The notes beneath the pieces were generated by a model that worked only from the letters and a program-made list of their open reading frames with translations, was not told the DNA's origin and ran no database searches. A stretch of 64,000 nt of DNA. Source: an uncultured Spirochaetota bacterium. GTDB lineage: Bacteria > Spirochaetota > Brevinematia > Brevinematales > JAOACQ01. The stretch spans positions 1 through 64,000 of the forward strand of contig CAWAOD010000005.1 in NCBI GenBank assembly GCA_963783575.1. The letters are read 5' to 3'. A program made the translations under genes and the position numbers. Shown in pieces: positions 21,841-32,531 of this stretch (its first letter is position 1; each line of letters begins with the position of its first letter).

Positions 21841-23814
21841 GTACGCCAAGATAAACTGGATTGCGCTAATGAGCTGAAAGGTGCTCATCTCATTAATTGC
21901 CTGTTCGGTGAGGAGCGAACCAAGCGTCCGTGGAGGCAACGAAGCGGGCGGAGTCTTGGGGAGCGAAGATGCGAGCCGTAACGCAAGTGAATCCGATAGC
22001 CTCGTTATGGGAATTAAGAAAAGCGGGAGTGGTCAAGTTGTCCCCAAAATCGAAACCTGATACCTGCGGTGAAGAAACTGGCATAAGCAGCCGCAGGACT
22101 CTCCGGGGTAAGGAAGGAACGGCGCGTATTGAAAGTGCGGTCGCGGAACTTGGGAGACCCTGCCTGTTCCGGAAACGGTATCTGCTGACAATCCGAAGAA
22201 GAAAGGAAGCGGAAAAGACAGGCAGGGAGTCGGATTAATCCATAGTAGCGAGGAAGCGGGTAACGACCGTGGAGCGAAGGGATTAACGTTGACACGTAGC
22301 GGCAAGGGACACATAGTCCAAACTCAGAATTGGAGGAAACTGTGGAAAAGGAACTATGCCGTATAGCGGAAATTGCAAAGGAGGACAAAAAGCTAAAGTT
22401 TATCAGTCTTGCACACTTATTAAACATGGACAATCTGAGAGAGTGTTTCTATCTGCTTAAGAAAGGCAGAGCGCCCGGTATCGATGAAGTAAACCTGGAA
22501 GACTACGAGGCAGACCTTGAAGGCAACCTGACCCGGCTGGTGGAAAGGCTTAAGAAGAAGTCATACAAGCCGAAACCGGTGAGAAGAGTGTATATTCCCA
22601 AGGCAAGTGGAAAGCTAAGACCGTTAGGGATACCAGCGGTAGAAGACAAGATCGTACAAATGGGAATTACGAGAATACTGGAAGCGATCTATGAGCAGGA
22701 CTTTCTGGAATGCTCATATGGGTTCAGGCCGAAAAGGGGATGCCATGATGCGTTGAAAGCATTAAGTGTAATGATAACCGAGAAACCTGTGGAATATATC
22801 ATCGATGCGGACATAAGAGGGTTCTTCGACAATGTTGACCACGAGATTATGATCAAATTGCTCAGGTACAGAATATCTGACAGTACATTGCTCCAACTGA
22901 TTGAAAGGTTTCTAAAAGGCGGGGTAATGGAAGAAGGCAAATATCAGGAAACAGAAAGAGGAACACCTCAAGGAGGAATATTGTCGCCGGTTCTGGCAAA
23001 CATCTACCTGCATTACGCTCTGGACAAATGGGTGGAATATGGCAAAGCGGCAGTGAAAGGGTATCTTGGACTGGTAAGATATGCGGATGATTTCATCATC
23101 TGCACAAGGTTCAAGAAAACGGCCCAGAAAACGCTAAAAGCTCTGAAAACAAGGCTTGGCATATTCAAGCTAGAGTTGGCGAAAGAGAAAACCAGACTGA
23201 TAGAATTCGGGAAGCTTGCTGAAAAACGGGCAAAAGAGAAAGGGATAAGAACGGAAACATTCAACTTTCTGGGATTTACCCATTACTGCTCGAAAAGCAA
23301 GCGCAAAAGGTTCAAGGTAGGGCGTATAACCGAAGGGAAAAAGCTGAGACAAAAGCTTAAAGACCTGAGTGTCTGGCTCAAAAGGGAAGTCCAGAAAGAT
23401 ATACGAATATGGTGGCCAATACTTAAAAGCAAAATGCTGGGACACTACAGATATTACGGAGTAAGTGAGAATCTTGACGGAATGGCCAAATACTACTATG
23501 AAGTAAAAGGAATGGTCTTTAAATGGATGAACCATAGAAGCCAGCGTAAGAGCTTCAACTGGAAACAGTTCTACAACTATCTGAAAAAGTACAAACTACC
23601 GAGACCGAAAATCTACCATAGCTTTTACAAAACCTATATCCTTAGCAACGAAGTGAGTATCAATGAAGAGCCTATTGCGGGAAATCCGCACGATGGGTTC
23701 TGTGAGGGGGAAGGGTCAGGATGAAAGATATACGGACACTAAGGCACGGAAGGGGAAACCTGGAAACGGAACTAAGCCGGAATCTAACTATCAGGACAGA
23801 CTTCTCTACTCGAC
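21841..23814 (+). mobile_element. Group II intron 2 (no endonuclease domain; class E-like, tentative)
   Basis: 5' GTACG; domain V gagcctattgcgggaaatccgcacgatgggttc near 23668; 3' ...ctactcgac; putative EBS1 cccca (22042-22046) pairs with exon end tgggg. Confidence 0.85.
22330..23724 (+). CDS. ltrA: Group II intron reverse transcriptase/maturase
   Basis: [37 protein letters not shown]. Confidence 0.95.
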   Translation: MEETVEKELCRIAEIAKEDKKLKFISLAHLLNMDNLRECFYLLKKGRAPGIDEVNLEDYEADLEGNLTRLVERLKKKSYKPKPVRRVYIPKASGKLRPLGIPAVEDKIVQMGITRILEAIYEQDFLECSYGFRPKRGCHDALKALSVMITEKPVEYIIDADIRGFFDNVDHEIMIKLLRYRISDSTLLQLIERFLKGGVMEEGKYQETERGTPQGGILSPVLANIYLHYALDKWVEYGKAAVKGYLGLVRYADDFIICTRFKKTAQKTLKALKTRLGIFKLELAKEKTRLIEFGKLAEKRAKEKGIRTETFNFLGFTHYCSKSKRKRFKVGRITEGKKLRQKLKDLSVWLKREVQKDIRIWWPILKSKMLGHYRYYGVSENLDGMAKYYYEVKGMVFKWMNHRSQRKSFNWKQFYNYLKKYKLPRPKIYHSFYKTYILSNEVSINEEPIAGNPHDGFCEGEGSG

Positions 23815-23820
23815 GCGCGT

Positions 23821-24423
23821 TTAGTGCTTTGGAGTTGGGTTTAAATATTTTTTCATATTAATAGCTAAAGAACGTGGAGCATAAAAAATTAATCCTATCA
23901 TAAAGCCTGCGGAGATAATAATGATATCTTCTAAGACTTTAATATTTAAAAGCGGTAGATTTTTCTTCATGAAATCTAAATAAAGTGCTATATAACCAAG
24001 AAACATGGTGAAAACATAAAGGATAAGAGCAGCCCATTTAAAAATTTTGTCGAAAGTATTAATTTTGATTTCAAATCCATTTTCATTGAATTTAAAGAAC
24101 TTAATGGCTCTTTTTATTACTTTCCAATCAAATTCTCGTGGTAATCCACTCTTTTCAATTAATATGAATTGTTCTTGTTTTAAAGATATACCACAAATTT
24201 TAGTAATTAAATTCTTGGTGAAATAATTGTTTGTAATAGATTTTATTGTTTCATCAAGCTTAGAATTATTAATTTCATTTAATAGTTGTAAATCAATTTG
24301 TTTTCTCCCCGTGAAATTAAAATTCTTAAAAGCAGATTGGAAAAACGCCGTAATTATTACAAGAATGATTGGAAATATGAATTCCCGGACAACAGAAAAT
24401 ATACTTACAACTTCTTTTGTCAT
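23821..24423 (-). CDS. AT-rich membrane protein of unknown function (cargo)
   Basis: 200 aa with three hydrophobic segments; RBS aaggag on the minus strand. Confidence 0.7.
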   Translation of the reverse strand: MTKEVVSIFSVVREFIFPIILVIITAFFQSAFKNFNFTGRKQIDLQLLNEINNSKLDETIKSITNNYFTKNLITKICGISLKQEQFILIEKSGLPREFDWKVIKRAIKFFKFNENGFEIKINTFDKIFKWAALILYVFTMFLGYIALYLDFMKKNLPLLNIKVLEDIIIISAGFMIGLIFYAPRSLAINMKKYLNPTPKH

Positions 24424-24627
24424 TTTAATCTCCTTTTAAAAGTATCGTCTTATATTAAAAAAAGATTATTCCCTGGAGCCACGAAAGGAGATATCTGAAC
24501 GGCGGTAACTATCGGCGGGGCGGTGGGAGTGGCGGGAGGGTGCGGCAAAGCTTGAAAGATGCGCCAGCCGTAGCCCTGTTTTTCCGGTAGCCGGGTACGC
24601 CTCTTGCTTACTCCTCTTCTTTGGCGT

Positions 24628-24788
24628 ACTTTACATAACTTGACCTTATGGGCAGGCGTTTGCACTCTTGAGCCGTTTAAAGACTGTAAAAACTTAATAC
24701 AAAGCCTTTCAGAAGTATTTTTAAATGACGGGTTTGGAAAAAGCGTGATTAAGCTTATTGCTTGACCATAAGGTAAGTTATGTAAAAG
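24628..24788. other. Inverted pair of dif-like sites
   Basis: actttacataa-cttgacc-ttatgggcagg (24628-24656) and cttgaccataa-ggtaag-ttatgtaaaag (24761-24788). Confidence 0.75.
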
Positions 24789-24931
24789 GCGGACGGAAAA
24801 ACAGACTTGCCGCCGAATGCCTGGGCGTCATCTCCGTCTGGCTAGCCCAGGCGTGAGGGGGCAAGAGAGACGGCACGAGATATCTAAACGGCAATGATCA
24901 TCGGAAATTGAGGATTTTCGGGTGTTAATAT

Positions 24932-25393
24932 TTATTTTGAAAGTAGTTCTTCGGGGGAATGAGCAGTAATTTCTTTGTAAATTTCAAAGTCTTTTTTGTT
25001 GTAAGTGAGGATGTGTTTGATTCCATTTTCCAGCATAGTTGCTGCAATTGTCGCATCGTGGATATTTTTACCAGAGATTTGATGTTTTTCAGCCATTTTC
25101 ATGAGCCGGTCAATAGTTTCAATTTCGATGTTTAAAACCTCGAAATTTTCCCTAAACTCTTTGACCTTTTGGTTTGCGTCTTTGATAGGCAGTGGATTTT
25201 TGAGGAATTTCTTATTAGTTGAAACCGAAAGAAACTCTCTTATTATCTGGGTGGAAATGAAAACAGGATGTTGATTTTCCACTAACTGCCTTAGTATCTT
25301 AACTGAACTGGTATATTTTAAGGGTTCAAAGTCTTCCAGTGAAGCGTATACAAGAATGTTAGTATCGATAAAGAGCTTAGATTCTCGGTTCAT
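24932..25393 (-). CDS. PIN-domain (VapC-like) toxin
   Basis: LFIDTNILVYA...IHDATIAATM...LTYNKKDF. Start moved to ATG 25393. Confidence 0.85.
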   Translation of the reverse strand: MNRESKLFIDTNILVYASLEDFEPLKYTSSVKILRQLVENQHPVFISTQIIREFLSVSTNKKFLKNPLPIKDANQKVKEFRENFEVLNIEIETIDRLMKMAEKHQISGKNIHDATIAATMLENGIKHILTYNKKDFEIYKEITAHSPEELLSK

Positions 25394-25601
25394 AAATATC
25401 TTCCCTGGTAAAGTCTTGAATTTTACCGCCACATTTGAAAGTAGTCCAATGGAATTTGGTTTTCTTCTTCGGTGTTGTCTCTTCATTTCCAAGAACAACT
25501 ACTTCGGCTTTGTGATTGAACAAATCACGCAATTTTGCGGGAAGAACAATCTTTATTTCTCCTTCATGATTGATATTTACATCAGTTTTATATGCCAGCA
25601 T
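25377..25601 (-). CDS. Putative antitoxin
   Basis: 74 aa coupled upstream of the PIN gene; ends FTREDIYE. Confidence 0.7.
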   Translation of the reverse strand: MLAYKTDVNINHEGEIKIVLPAKLRDLFNHKAEVVVLGNEETTPKKKTKFHWTTFKCGGKIQDFTREDIYEPRI

Positions 25602-25614
25602 TTTATAGCCTCCA

Positions 25615-25956
25615 TTATTTTGAGTAAGCCATTTTGGCTTTTGTATCTCTTAAAAAAGCATCCAGAACGGTCAGAATATGCTCTTTTTCCGGTTCGGGTA
25701 AATGCTCGATTTGAGAAAGTCTATCAAGCATTTTTTTATCTCTTAATTCTGAGAATTGGTCATTTTCATCGACCAGATAGTCTATACTGACACCTAAAGA
25801 GTCGGCTATTTTTTTAGCAACTTCAATTGATGGTTTTATTTCGTTTCTTTCGTATCTGCCAATTATGGGGCCGCTTGTTCCAATTTTCTTAGCGAGTTCG
25901 TATTGAGACCAGCCTTTTTCTTTTCTTAAAGATAAAACTTTATCCCCGAATTTCAT
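25615..25956 (-). CDS. XRE-family HTH repressor
   Basis: FGDKVLSLRKEKGWSQYELA...YERNEIKPS...LGVSIDYLV. Start moved to ATG 25956 (RBS gagg). Confidence 0.9.
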   Translation of the reverse strand: MKFGDKVLSLRKEKGWSQYELAKKIGTSGPIIGRYERNEIKPSIEVAKKIADSLGVSIDYLVDENDQFSELRDKKMLDRLSQIEHLPEPEKEHILTVLDAFLRDTKAKMAYSK

Positions 25957-26045
25957 ATCCTCACCTATATATGATAAATTACACTTAAATTCCTCTATAT
26001 TATTAATTTTAATGTAAAAATATGATTTAGTCAACACTAAAAGTA

Positions 26046-26074
26046 TTGACAGAATAGAATGAATAGGTTATAAT
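26046..26074 (+). promoter_or_regulatory. Sigma70-type promoter, copy 3
   Basis: Perfect TTGACA-17 bp-TATAAT. Confidence 0.75.
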
Positions 26075-26299
26075 TGATAAAAATAGGTGACAAAGAAATA
26101 TTTTTGTATGAAAGTTTGATAGGGATAAAATTATATAGAAGGTTAAAAAAAGCCCTGCTTTCCTGAGATTGGCGTCCGAAGAAAGCAGAGCCATAAGTGA
26201 GGAAAACTCCTCGAAACTTACCTAAGTTATTATAGCATAAGCTGAAGCTTTAATCAATCCATTCGAGGCGTTTTCCTCCAAAATATTAAGGAGGAGAAC

Positions 26300-26575
26300 A
26301 TGTCGCAAACTCTGATCACGTCGGATTATTACGAGGCAGGATATTATATCTGCCTCGGCTATGCGGTTGAAAAGGTGGAACTCGTCAAAGAAGCGAAGAA
26401 ACCAGCCGGAAAATTCACTTTCTCCGGAGAAGGTCTAACTCAGGCGCAGATTGAGTATTTTAACGGCCAAGCCGTTGTTAATCTTCTGGATTTTCGCCGG
26501 GCTTACGTTCATTTGAATGCTTTGCTTGGAACGGTGAAGAAAGAGTCGCGCCTAAAAGCCCCTGAATCCAATTAG
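26300..26575 (+). CDS. Small conserved element protein (DUF5659-like, tentative)
   Basis: Homologue of 10429-10707 (GKF..SGEG...AQ..YFNG.A.VN..DFRR.Y). Confidence 0.65.
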   Translation: MSQTLITSDYYEAGYYICLGYAVEKVELVKEAKKPAGKFTFSGEGLTQAQIEYFNGQAVVNLLDFRRAYVHLNALLGTVKKESRLKAPESN

Positions 26576-26584
26576 GGGGCGGCC

Positions 26585-27343
26585 ATGAAAACCATTGTTT
26601 TCAGTAACCAGAAGGGCGGAGTCGGCAAGACGACCTGCACCAGGGAGTTAGGCATTTACCTTTCGGAAAAGAATTATCGGGTTTTACTTATCGATAGCGA
26701 TCCGCAGGCTAACCTTTCAAAGTCTCTTGTCGATATTCCGGGCTTTGGTTTATTTGAAGCATTAACCGGCGGAAACTATGAGCCGGAAGACGTAAAGCTA
26801 AACCTTTCGCTTTTATCCGGCGGGGTGAAGCTGGCCGGGCTGGAGAAATCTTTAATTGGAGAAGTTGACGCTTTTACAAGGCTCAAAGATTTATTGGAAG
26901 GTGAAATCTTCCAGACTTATGACTTTATTTTAATTGACAGTCCGCCATCCTTGAGTGTGCTAACCGGTAACGCTTTAACCGCATCGAACTTTGTTGTTAT
27001 TCCTATGAACCCTTCGCTTTATTCAATGCAAGGCACTAATGATTTAATGGCCACGGTATCAAAGATCAGGAAAAACTTCAATCCGGGCTTGCAGCTCCTC
27101 GGTGTTATTATCAACGCTTATGAATCTAATCCGGTAATTACAAGACAGATCCATGGAGAGATCCGGGAAGCTTTCGGGGAAAAAGTCTTTAATACGTCAA
27201 TTTCTAGATCTATTCGTATTGAAGAAGCTATCGCCTTGAAATCCGGCGTTATATCCCGACCCCGTGTCGATGGGCGGCCGTCAAAAGCCGCCGAAGAAGT
27301 CAAGGCCATCGGTGAGGAAATGCTTTTAAGGCTGGGGGTGTAA
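26585..27343 (+). CDS. parA: ParA/Soj family ATPase
   Basis: NQKGGVGKTT; near-identical to 10718-11479. Confidence 0.9.
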   Translation: MKTIVFSNQKGGVGKTTCTRELGIYLSEKNYRVLLIDSDPQANLSKSLVDIPGFGLFEALTGGNYEPEDVKLNLSLLSGGVKLAGLEKSLIGEVDAFTRLKDLLEGEIFQTYDFILIDSPPSLSVLTGNALTASNFVVIPMNPSLYSMQGTNDLMATVSKIRKNFNPGLQLLGVIINAYESNPVITRQIHGEIREAFGEKVFNTSISRSIRIEEAIALKSGVISRPRVDGRPSKAAEEVKAIGEEMLLRLGV

Positions 27344-27344
27344 C

Positions 27345-30083
27345 ATGACCGGGATGCCTCCAAAACGAGACCCGCTAAGAGGGCAAAAGACCCTGCGGGT
27401 CACAGATTTTCTTGAGGAGTTTGAAGTCGATGACATCAAGCGAAAGGTCGATATTGTAGAATTGTTTGAATCTTTCGGCGTAAAGCTTACAAAGTCCGGT
27501 AAAAGCTTCAAAGGTTTCTGTCAATGGCACAAAGACAGCAAAACGCCAAGTCTGTCTATTAGCCGGGAAAAGGGCTTATTTCACTGTTTCGGCTGTGATG
27601 AAGGCGGAACAGTTGTCGATGCCGTGATGAAATTCAAAAGCATTGATTTCAAAGAATCGTTAAAATTCTTAAAAGAATGGCCCGGAAGTCCTTTAAAAGA
27701 GGTTCCTTTAACTGTCCGGAAGATGGAAGTCAAACCCGAAGAAAAACAAACATCTACAGAGAGCGGAAACATTCATAATCTTAATGCAGTAAAGAATTAT
27801 TATCATAAAAGACTTTTCGACCATCCGGAAGCCCTTGAATATCTCAAGAAAAGAGGCTTAACAAACACGGAACATTATGAACGCTTTCAGATCGGCTTTG
27901 CCGACGGGGGTTTAAACCTTGTCATTGGTGAAAAGCAAAAGCAGGCTTTAACAGATGCCGGAATCCTGAACGAGAAAGGGCGGGAACATTTCCTGAACTG
28001 CCTTATTTTTCCAATCTTTAACGACAACAATCAAACCATCGGTTTTTATGGCCGTGATACTAATGACGGCTCAGACTTCAAACACCGCTATTTAAAAGGG
28101 CCACACAGCGGCGTTTTTAATCGTAAAGCTAGTAAAGTGTATGATGAAATCATTTTAACGGAGTGTATTATTGATTGTCTAAGCCTTATTGAAACCGGCT
28201 TTGAGAATGTCCAGCCGATCTATGGAACAAACGGCTTTACAGAAGAACACTTACAAATTTTGAAAGCCGACAGGGTTAAAATGGTTATTCTGGCGCTGGA
28301 TAATGATGAGCCGGGGCAGATAGCCACAGAGAAATACAAAGAAAGCCTTATAAATGAGGGTTTTAAGGTTAAGATTGTTTCTCCTTTCGGCGGTAAAGAC
28401 TGGAACGACGCCTTAAAGGCTGGCGCATTGAAAAAAGATGACCTTAAAGTCTTAATTGAACAAGCCGCTATCTTTGAAGCAGAGAAAGATATTGAAAGTG
28501 ACGCGTCACACGGCCTGAAGGTTACTCAGGAAGGATTCGGCACCATATTTGCGTTTGTTGATATTACTTACAAGGTTTCGGGAGTTAAAGAAACATTTAT
28601 TACCAGCCTGCGTGTAAATATCAAAGCCGAGAACGGAGACGACAGATATTTTGACAACCTTGACCTGTACTCCGCCCGGTCAAGATCGAATTACAGTTTT
28701 CAAGTTTCCCGGATTTTCAGCATTGAGCCGAAACGGATCGAAAAGGATTTGGTCACGATCCTTGAATACTTTGAGGATGAGCGGGACCGGCGGGGAATGG
28801 AAAACGAGAAGCGGGAGAAAATCGAATTAACCGGAGAAGAAAGGGAAGCGGGACTTAAATTCCTGAAAAGCCCTGAGCTATTTGACGAAATCGTTAAGGA
28901 TATGGAAAAGATCGGGTATGTCGGCGAGGATTTGAACAAACAACTTCTTTACCTTTGCGCCAGTTCCCGGATACTGGACGACCCGGTAAGCGTGCTGATT
29001 CTTTCGGAGTCGGCTTCCGGTAAGTCCATGCTGGTTGAAACGGTGAAAAAATTAATCCCGCCGAAAGATGTTGTTTCCGTTACCTCTCTTTCAGATCAGG
29101 CTTTGAACTATATCAAAGACTTAATGCATAAGTTTTTGATTCTCGGCGAAGCCGTTCATTCTGACGTCATCGAACACCAGATCAGGGAGATACTTTCAGG
29201 TAAGGAACTTTCAAGGCTTGTAACTGTGAAGGATGAGAAAACCGGAAAGATGGAATCAAAGATCGTCAGAACCCCGGTGATCGTGGCCAGCGTCATGAGT
29301 TCGACAGGTTTCAACATAAACCCCGAAAACACGTCAAGATGTTTCGTTATTAATACTGATGAAAGCCGGGAACAGACCCGGAAAATCCACGAGATACAAC
29401 GGCAGAAATATACATTGTCCCGTCATTTTGAAAAAGCTTCAGTTATTCCCGAAATCATTAAAAAACATCAAGCCGCTCAAAGGCTGCTGCGCAATATTTT
29501 AACTGTAAATCCTTTCGGCGAAGCCCTCGGCTTCCCCGACAATCTGATGCGGACACGCCGGGATAATGACCGCTTTCTTGACCTTATCGCCTGCGTTTGC
29601 TTTCTCCGCCAGTATCAAAAGACCGTCAGATGGGAAGGGCTGACAGAATTTATCGAGTGCGATATTGACGACTACCGGATCGCATACAACATAATGATTA
29701 ACGGCGTACTTGCTTCTTCTCTTATGGAAATACCGAAAGGAGCGGTTATTTTATATGATGAAATCAGGCTTATGGTCCGGGATATGGCGGAAAAAGCGGG
29801 GATAAAGCCGGAGGAAGTCAGCTTTATTCAAAGGGACATACGGGAATATTCGAAGTTCAGCGCGGACAGCATTAAAAAGTATTTGAACAACCTTGTCGAC
29901 CTTGAGTATATCCAGATCATCAGCGGAAGAATCCGGGGGACAAGGCTTTCATACCGTTTAAGAAAGGATGAAGAACTTGAAAAGATCGACCTTTCGGCCA
30001 TACCAACACCTGAAGAAATGGCCGAAAGAATCCGTAAGTCAAAGAGTGGGGAAAAAGAAGAAAATGACGGCGAAGCTTTATGA
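27345..30083 (+). CDS. Primase-ATPase fusion, copy 3
   Basis: N-terminal half near-identical to copy 2; C-terminal ~120 aa divergent. Confidence 0.88.
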   Translation: MTGMPPKRDPLRGQKTLRVTDFLEEFEVDDIKRKVDIVELFESFGVKLTKSGKSFKGFCQWHKDSKTPSLSISREKGLFHCFGCDEGGTVVDAVMKFKSIDFKESLKFLKEWPGSPLKEVPLTVRKMEVKPEEKQTSTESGNIHNLNAVKNYYHKRLFDHPEALEYLKKRGLTNTEHYERFQIGFADGGLNLVIGEKQKQALTDAGILNEKGREHFLNCLIFPIFNDNNQTIGFYGRDTNDGSDFKHRYLKGPHSGVFNRKASKVYDEIILTECIIDCLSLIETGFENVQPIYGTNGFTEEHLQILKADRVKMVILALDNDEPGQIATEKYKESLINEGFKVKIVSPFGGKDWNDALKAGALKKDDLKVLIEQAAIFEAEKDIESDASHGLKVTQEGFGTIFAFVDITYKVSGVKETFITSLRVNIKAENGDDRYFDNLDLYSARSRSNYSFQVSRIFSIEPKRIEKDLVTILEYFEDERDRRGMENEKREKIELTGEEREAGLKFLKSPELFDEIVKDMEKIGYVGEDLNKQLLYLCASSRILDDPVSVLILSESASGKSMLVETVKKLIPPKDVVSVTSLSDQALNYIKDLMHKFLILGEAVHSDVIEHQIREILSGKELSRLVTVKDEKTGKMESKIVRTPVIVASVMSSTGFNINPENTSRCFVINTDESREQTRKIHEIQRQKYTLSRHFEKASVIPEIIKKHQAAQRLLRNILTVNPFGEALGFPDNLMRTRRDNDRFLDLIACVCFLRQYQKTVRWEGLTEFIECDIDDYRIAYNIMINGVLASSLMEIPKGAVILYDEIRLMVRDMAEKAGIKPEEVSFIQRDIREYSKFSADSIKKYLNNLVDLEYIQIISGRIRGTRLSYRLRKDEELEKIDLSAIPTPEEMAERIRKSKSGEKEENDGEAL

Positions 30084-30200
30084 ATATTGCTTTTGCCGGG
30101 AAGCGGGGAAAGTGGGGAAAAGTGGGGAATTCCCCGCTTTTGATTTTTAAATCCTTTATTTTCAAGGCTTCCCGGCTGTAAGAAGGAGTGGGGAAAGGTT
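30044..30200 (+). repeat. AGTGGGGAA repeats, putative origin/iterons, copy 3
   Basis: agtggggaaa, agcggggaaagtggggaaaagtggggaattccccgct and gagtggggaaa, at the same position as the AAACTGG repeats of copies 1 and 2. Confidence 0.6.
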
Positions 30201-30245
30201 TCCGGGAGGGAAAGGCCGGAAAAAAGAGACGAAGGAGAAAACAAA

Positions 30246-31505
30246 ATGACAATAGAAAACTTGGTTAAGGACTTTCTATCTTACTACAAAATCCGGGGTT
30301 TCAAACACCAGGGCTTGATTGTCAAGAAGAATGCCCTCATTGCCTTTACGGCCTTTATTCGAGAGAAATTGAGGATTAACGAACCGGAAGGTTTTAAAAG
30401 CCTGAGAAAAGCCGATCTGGAAAACTTTGCCGGTTATCTTCAAGCTAAATCCCTGAGCATTGATACCATCCGCACTTATATTCAGGTTTCCCGCTGTTTC
30501 TTGAAACATTGCGGGCTTGGTGTTGAACAAACCGGCGGCGGCAAGCCTCAGATTGACCTATACGCCGGGCTGCCGGAGGAACTGCGTTCTATTTGCCTTG
30601 AATACGTTGAAAAGCGGAAGAATGAAGGCTATCCCGCTTCCACAACCGGCAGGCTCGCCGAGCATGCCCGGAACTTTTTGAAGTATCTTGTCTTTGAACG
30701 GAATGTAAACAGCTTTTCCGATCTCCGCCGGGACGATGTAAAGGATTATGTTAAATATCTTGCCGATCAAACTGACGGTAAGGGCAACCGTCTTTACGCT
30801 CCGTCTACATTGAGGCAGAAAACCAACCTTGTCAAACCGTTCCTTATATTTCTTTCAAAGAAAGGCTTATGCGGCGGGTTCTCCGGGCAGATGGGAAACG
30901 TCAGAGCCGAAGACAAGGTTTCAAGAAATATTCTATCAAGGAAAGAGGTTGTCAAGCTGTTTAACGTCAAGGCTGAAACACCGCTTGAGTTTATGCTTAA
31001 AACAATTCAGGTTGTTTTGTATTCCTCCGGCGTGCGGATCGGCGAGTTACTGGCTTTGAAGATCGAAGACATAAATTTCGAGGATCAGGAAGCCGTCATT
31101 TTCGAGACCAAGACGAACAAAGAGAGAATCGTCCAGCTTGGAGATGTCGGAACTGCCTACCTGAAGCTTTTTATTGATAATATCCGGCCTTTGGTATGCC
31201 GGGGCTTTTTAGAAAACACTCGTGTTTTTCCATCGGCTTACGAAGGTAAAATCCCTTGCAATGAAACGGTGAACAGGTACTTATCGAAAGCATGTACAAA
31301 AGCCGGTATCAAAAAGAAAATCACCTGCCATTGTTTCCGGCATTCCTACGGCTCGCATTTATTAGAGAATGGAGCCGGAATCAAACAGGTTTCCGATCTG
31401 TTGGGCCATGAAAAGCTGGCGACAACGGAAAGATATACAAAACTATCGCCGGAGCACCTTAGATTGACGCTTCTCAAGTTTCATCCACGAGAGGCAAAAG
31501 CATGA
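30246..31505 (+). CDS. Tyrosine recombinase A, copy 3
   Basis: Same catalytic motifs; N-terminus diverged. Confidence 0.95.
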   Translation: MTIENLVKDFLSYYKIRGFKHQGLIVKKNALIAFTAFIREKLRINEPEGFKSLRKADLENFAGYLQAKSLSIDTIRTYIQVSRCFLKHCGLGVEQTGGGKPQIDLYAGLPEELRSICLEYVEKRKNEGYPASTTGRLAEHARNFLKYLVFERNVNSFSDLRRDDVKDYVKYLADQTDGKGNRLYAPSTLRQKTNLVKPFLIFLSKKGLCGGFSGQMGNVRAEDKVSRNILSRKEVVKLFNVKAETPLEFMLKTIQVVLYSSGVRIGELLALKIEDINFEDQEAVIFETKTNKERIVQLGDVGTAYLKLFIDNIRPLVCRGFLENTRVFPSAYEGKIPCNETVNRYLSKACTKAGIKKKITCHCFRHSYGSHLLENGAGIKQVSDLLGHEKLATTERYTKLSPEHLRLTLLKFHPREAKA

Positions 31506-32509
31506 ACGAACTCACTTTTGAAGCCGTCAAAACAATCGTTTCCGAAGTCCTCACCAGCCGGAACTATTCCCAAAGCTCTATACAAAGCCTTACCCGCATA
31601 CTGAAACGCTTCAACGATTATCTTGAAAGCAGAAAGATTCCTGATTACCGGGACGTGAGGGAAAGCGAACTTAACGGATTTATGGAATACCTTGAGAGAA
31701 GATCTAAGCGGGGCATTAAAAAAGAAAGCGTTCAAAAAGATGCTATGGCCATGAAACGGGTGTTTCAAATGCTTGAAAGAGAAGATAAAATCCTGCAGAA
31801 CCCTTTCGGCGATGTGGAAATGAAAGGAAAGCGGCATAACATACGGGACAAGGTACTTTCAGAAAAAGAAATGCGGGACTTTATCGATGCCGTACCGGTA
31901 GACAATCCGCTCGATTTCAGAAACCGGACGATCCTTGAAGTCCTTTACGGTACAGGCATAAGAGCAAGGGAACTCTGCAATCTGGAAGTAACAGACATTT
32001 TTCTTGACGAGAAAATGCTTTTTATCCGAAACGGCAAAGGTAAAAAGGATAGAATCCTTCCGCTCGGTGAAACGGCTTTAAAATATCTTGCGGAATATAT
32101 CAAGAAAATCAGGCCGAAAAAGGCAATACAGCCTATTAGAAAATATCGAACCGGTAAATTATTCCTCGGTAACTTTGGAAAGGCTCTATCAACCGGCGGC
32201 TTAAGCGGCATTATCCGCAAGATCAAGGATGCGCAGGGATTTACAAAAACTATTTACCCTCACATAATCCGCCATTCCTTCGCAACGCATCTGCTCAACG
32301 CCGGTGCGGATATCCGGGAAGTCCAGCTTCTTTTAGGGCATACAAGCCTTGATTCAACACAGATTTATTTGAACCTTTCAACGGCCTATTTAAAAGAAAT
32401 TTATCGGAAATATCATCCGTTAGAAAATGAATTGTATTTTGATGTATTATCAAGAGAAAGCTATATTTTTGAATGGAAATTATTTGATAAAAAGATGCCG
32501 GATGGTTAA
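31502..32509 (+). CDS. Tyrosine recombinase B, copy 3
   Basis: Same catalytic motifs. Confidence 0.95.
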   Translation: MNELTFEAVKTIVSEVLTSRNYSQSSIQSLTRILKRFNDYLESRKIPDYRDVRESELNGFMEYLERRSKRGIKKESVQKDAMAMKRVFQMLEREDKILQNPFGDVEMKGKRHNIRDKVLSEKEMRDFIDAVPVDNPLDFRNRTILEVLYGTGIRARELCNLEVTDIFLDEKMLFIRNGKGKKDRILPLGETALKYLAEYIKKIRPKKAIQPIRKYRTGKLFLGNFGKALSTGGLSGIIRKIKDAQGFTKTIYPHIIRHSFATHLLNAGADIREVQLLLGHTSLDSTQIYLNLSTAYLKEIYRKYHPLENELYFDVLSRESYIFEWKLFDKKMPDG

Positions 32510-32531
32510 AATACTTAAGTAGGAGAAAAAA

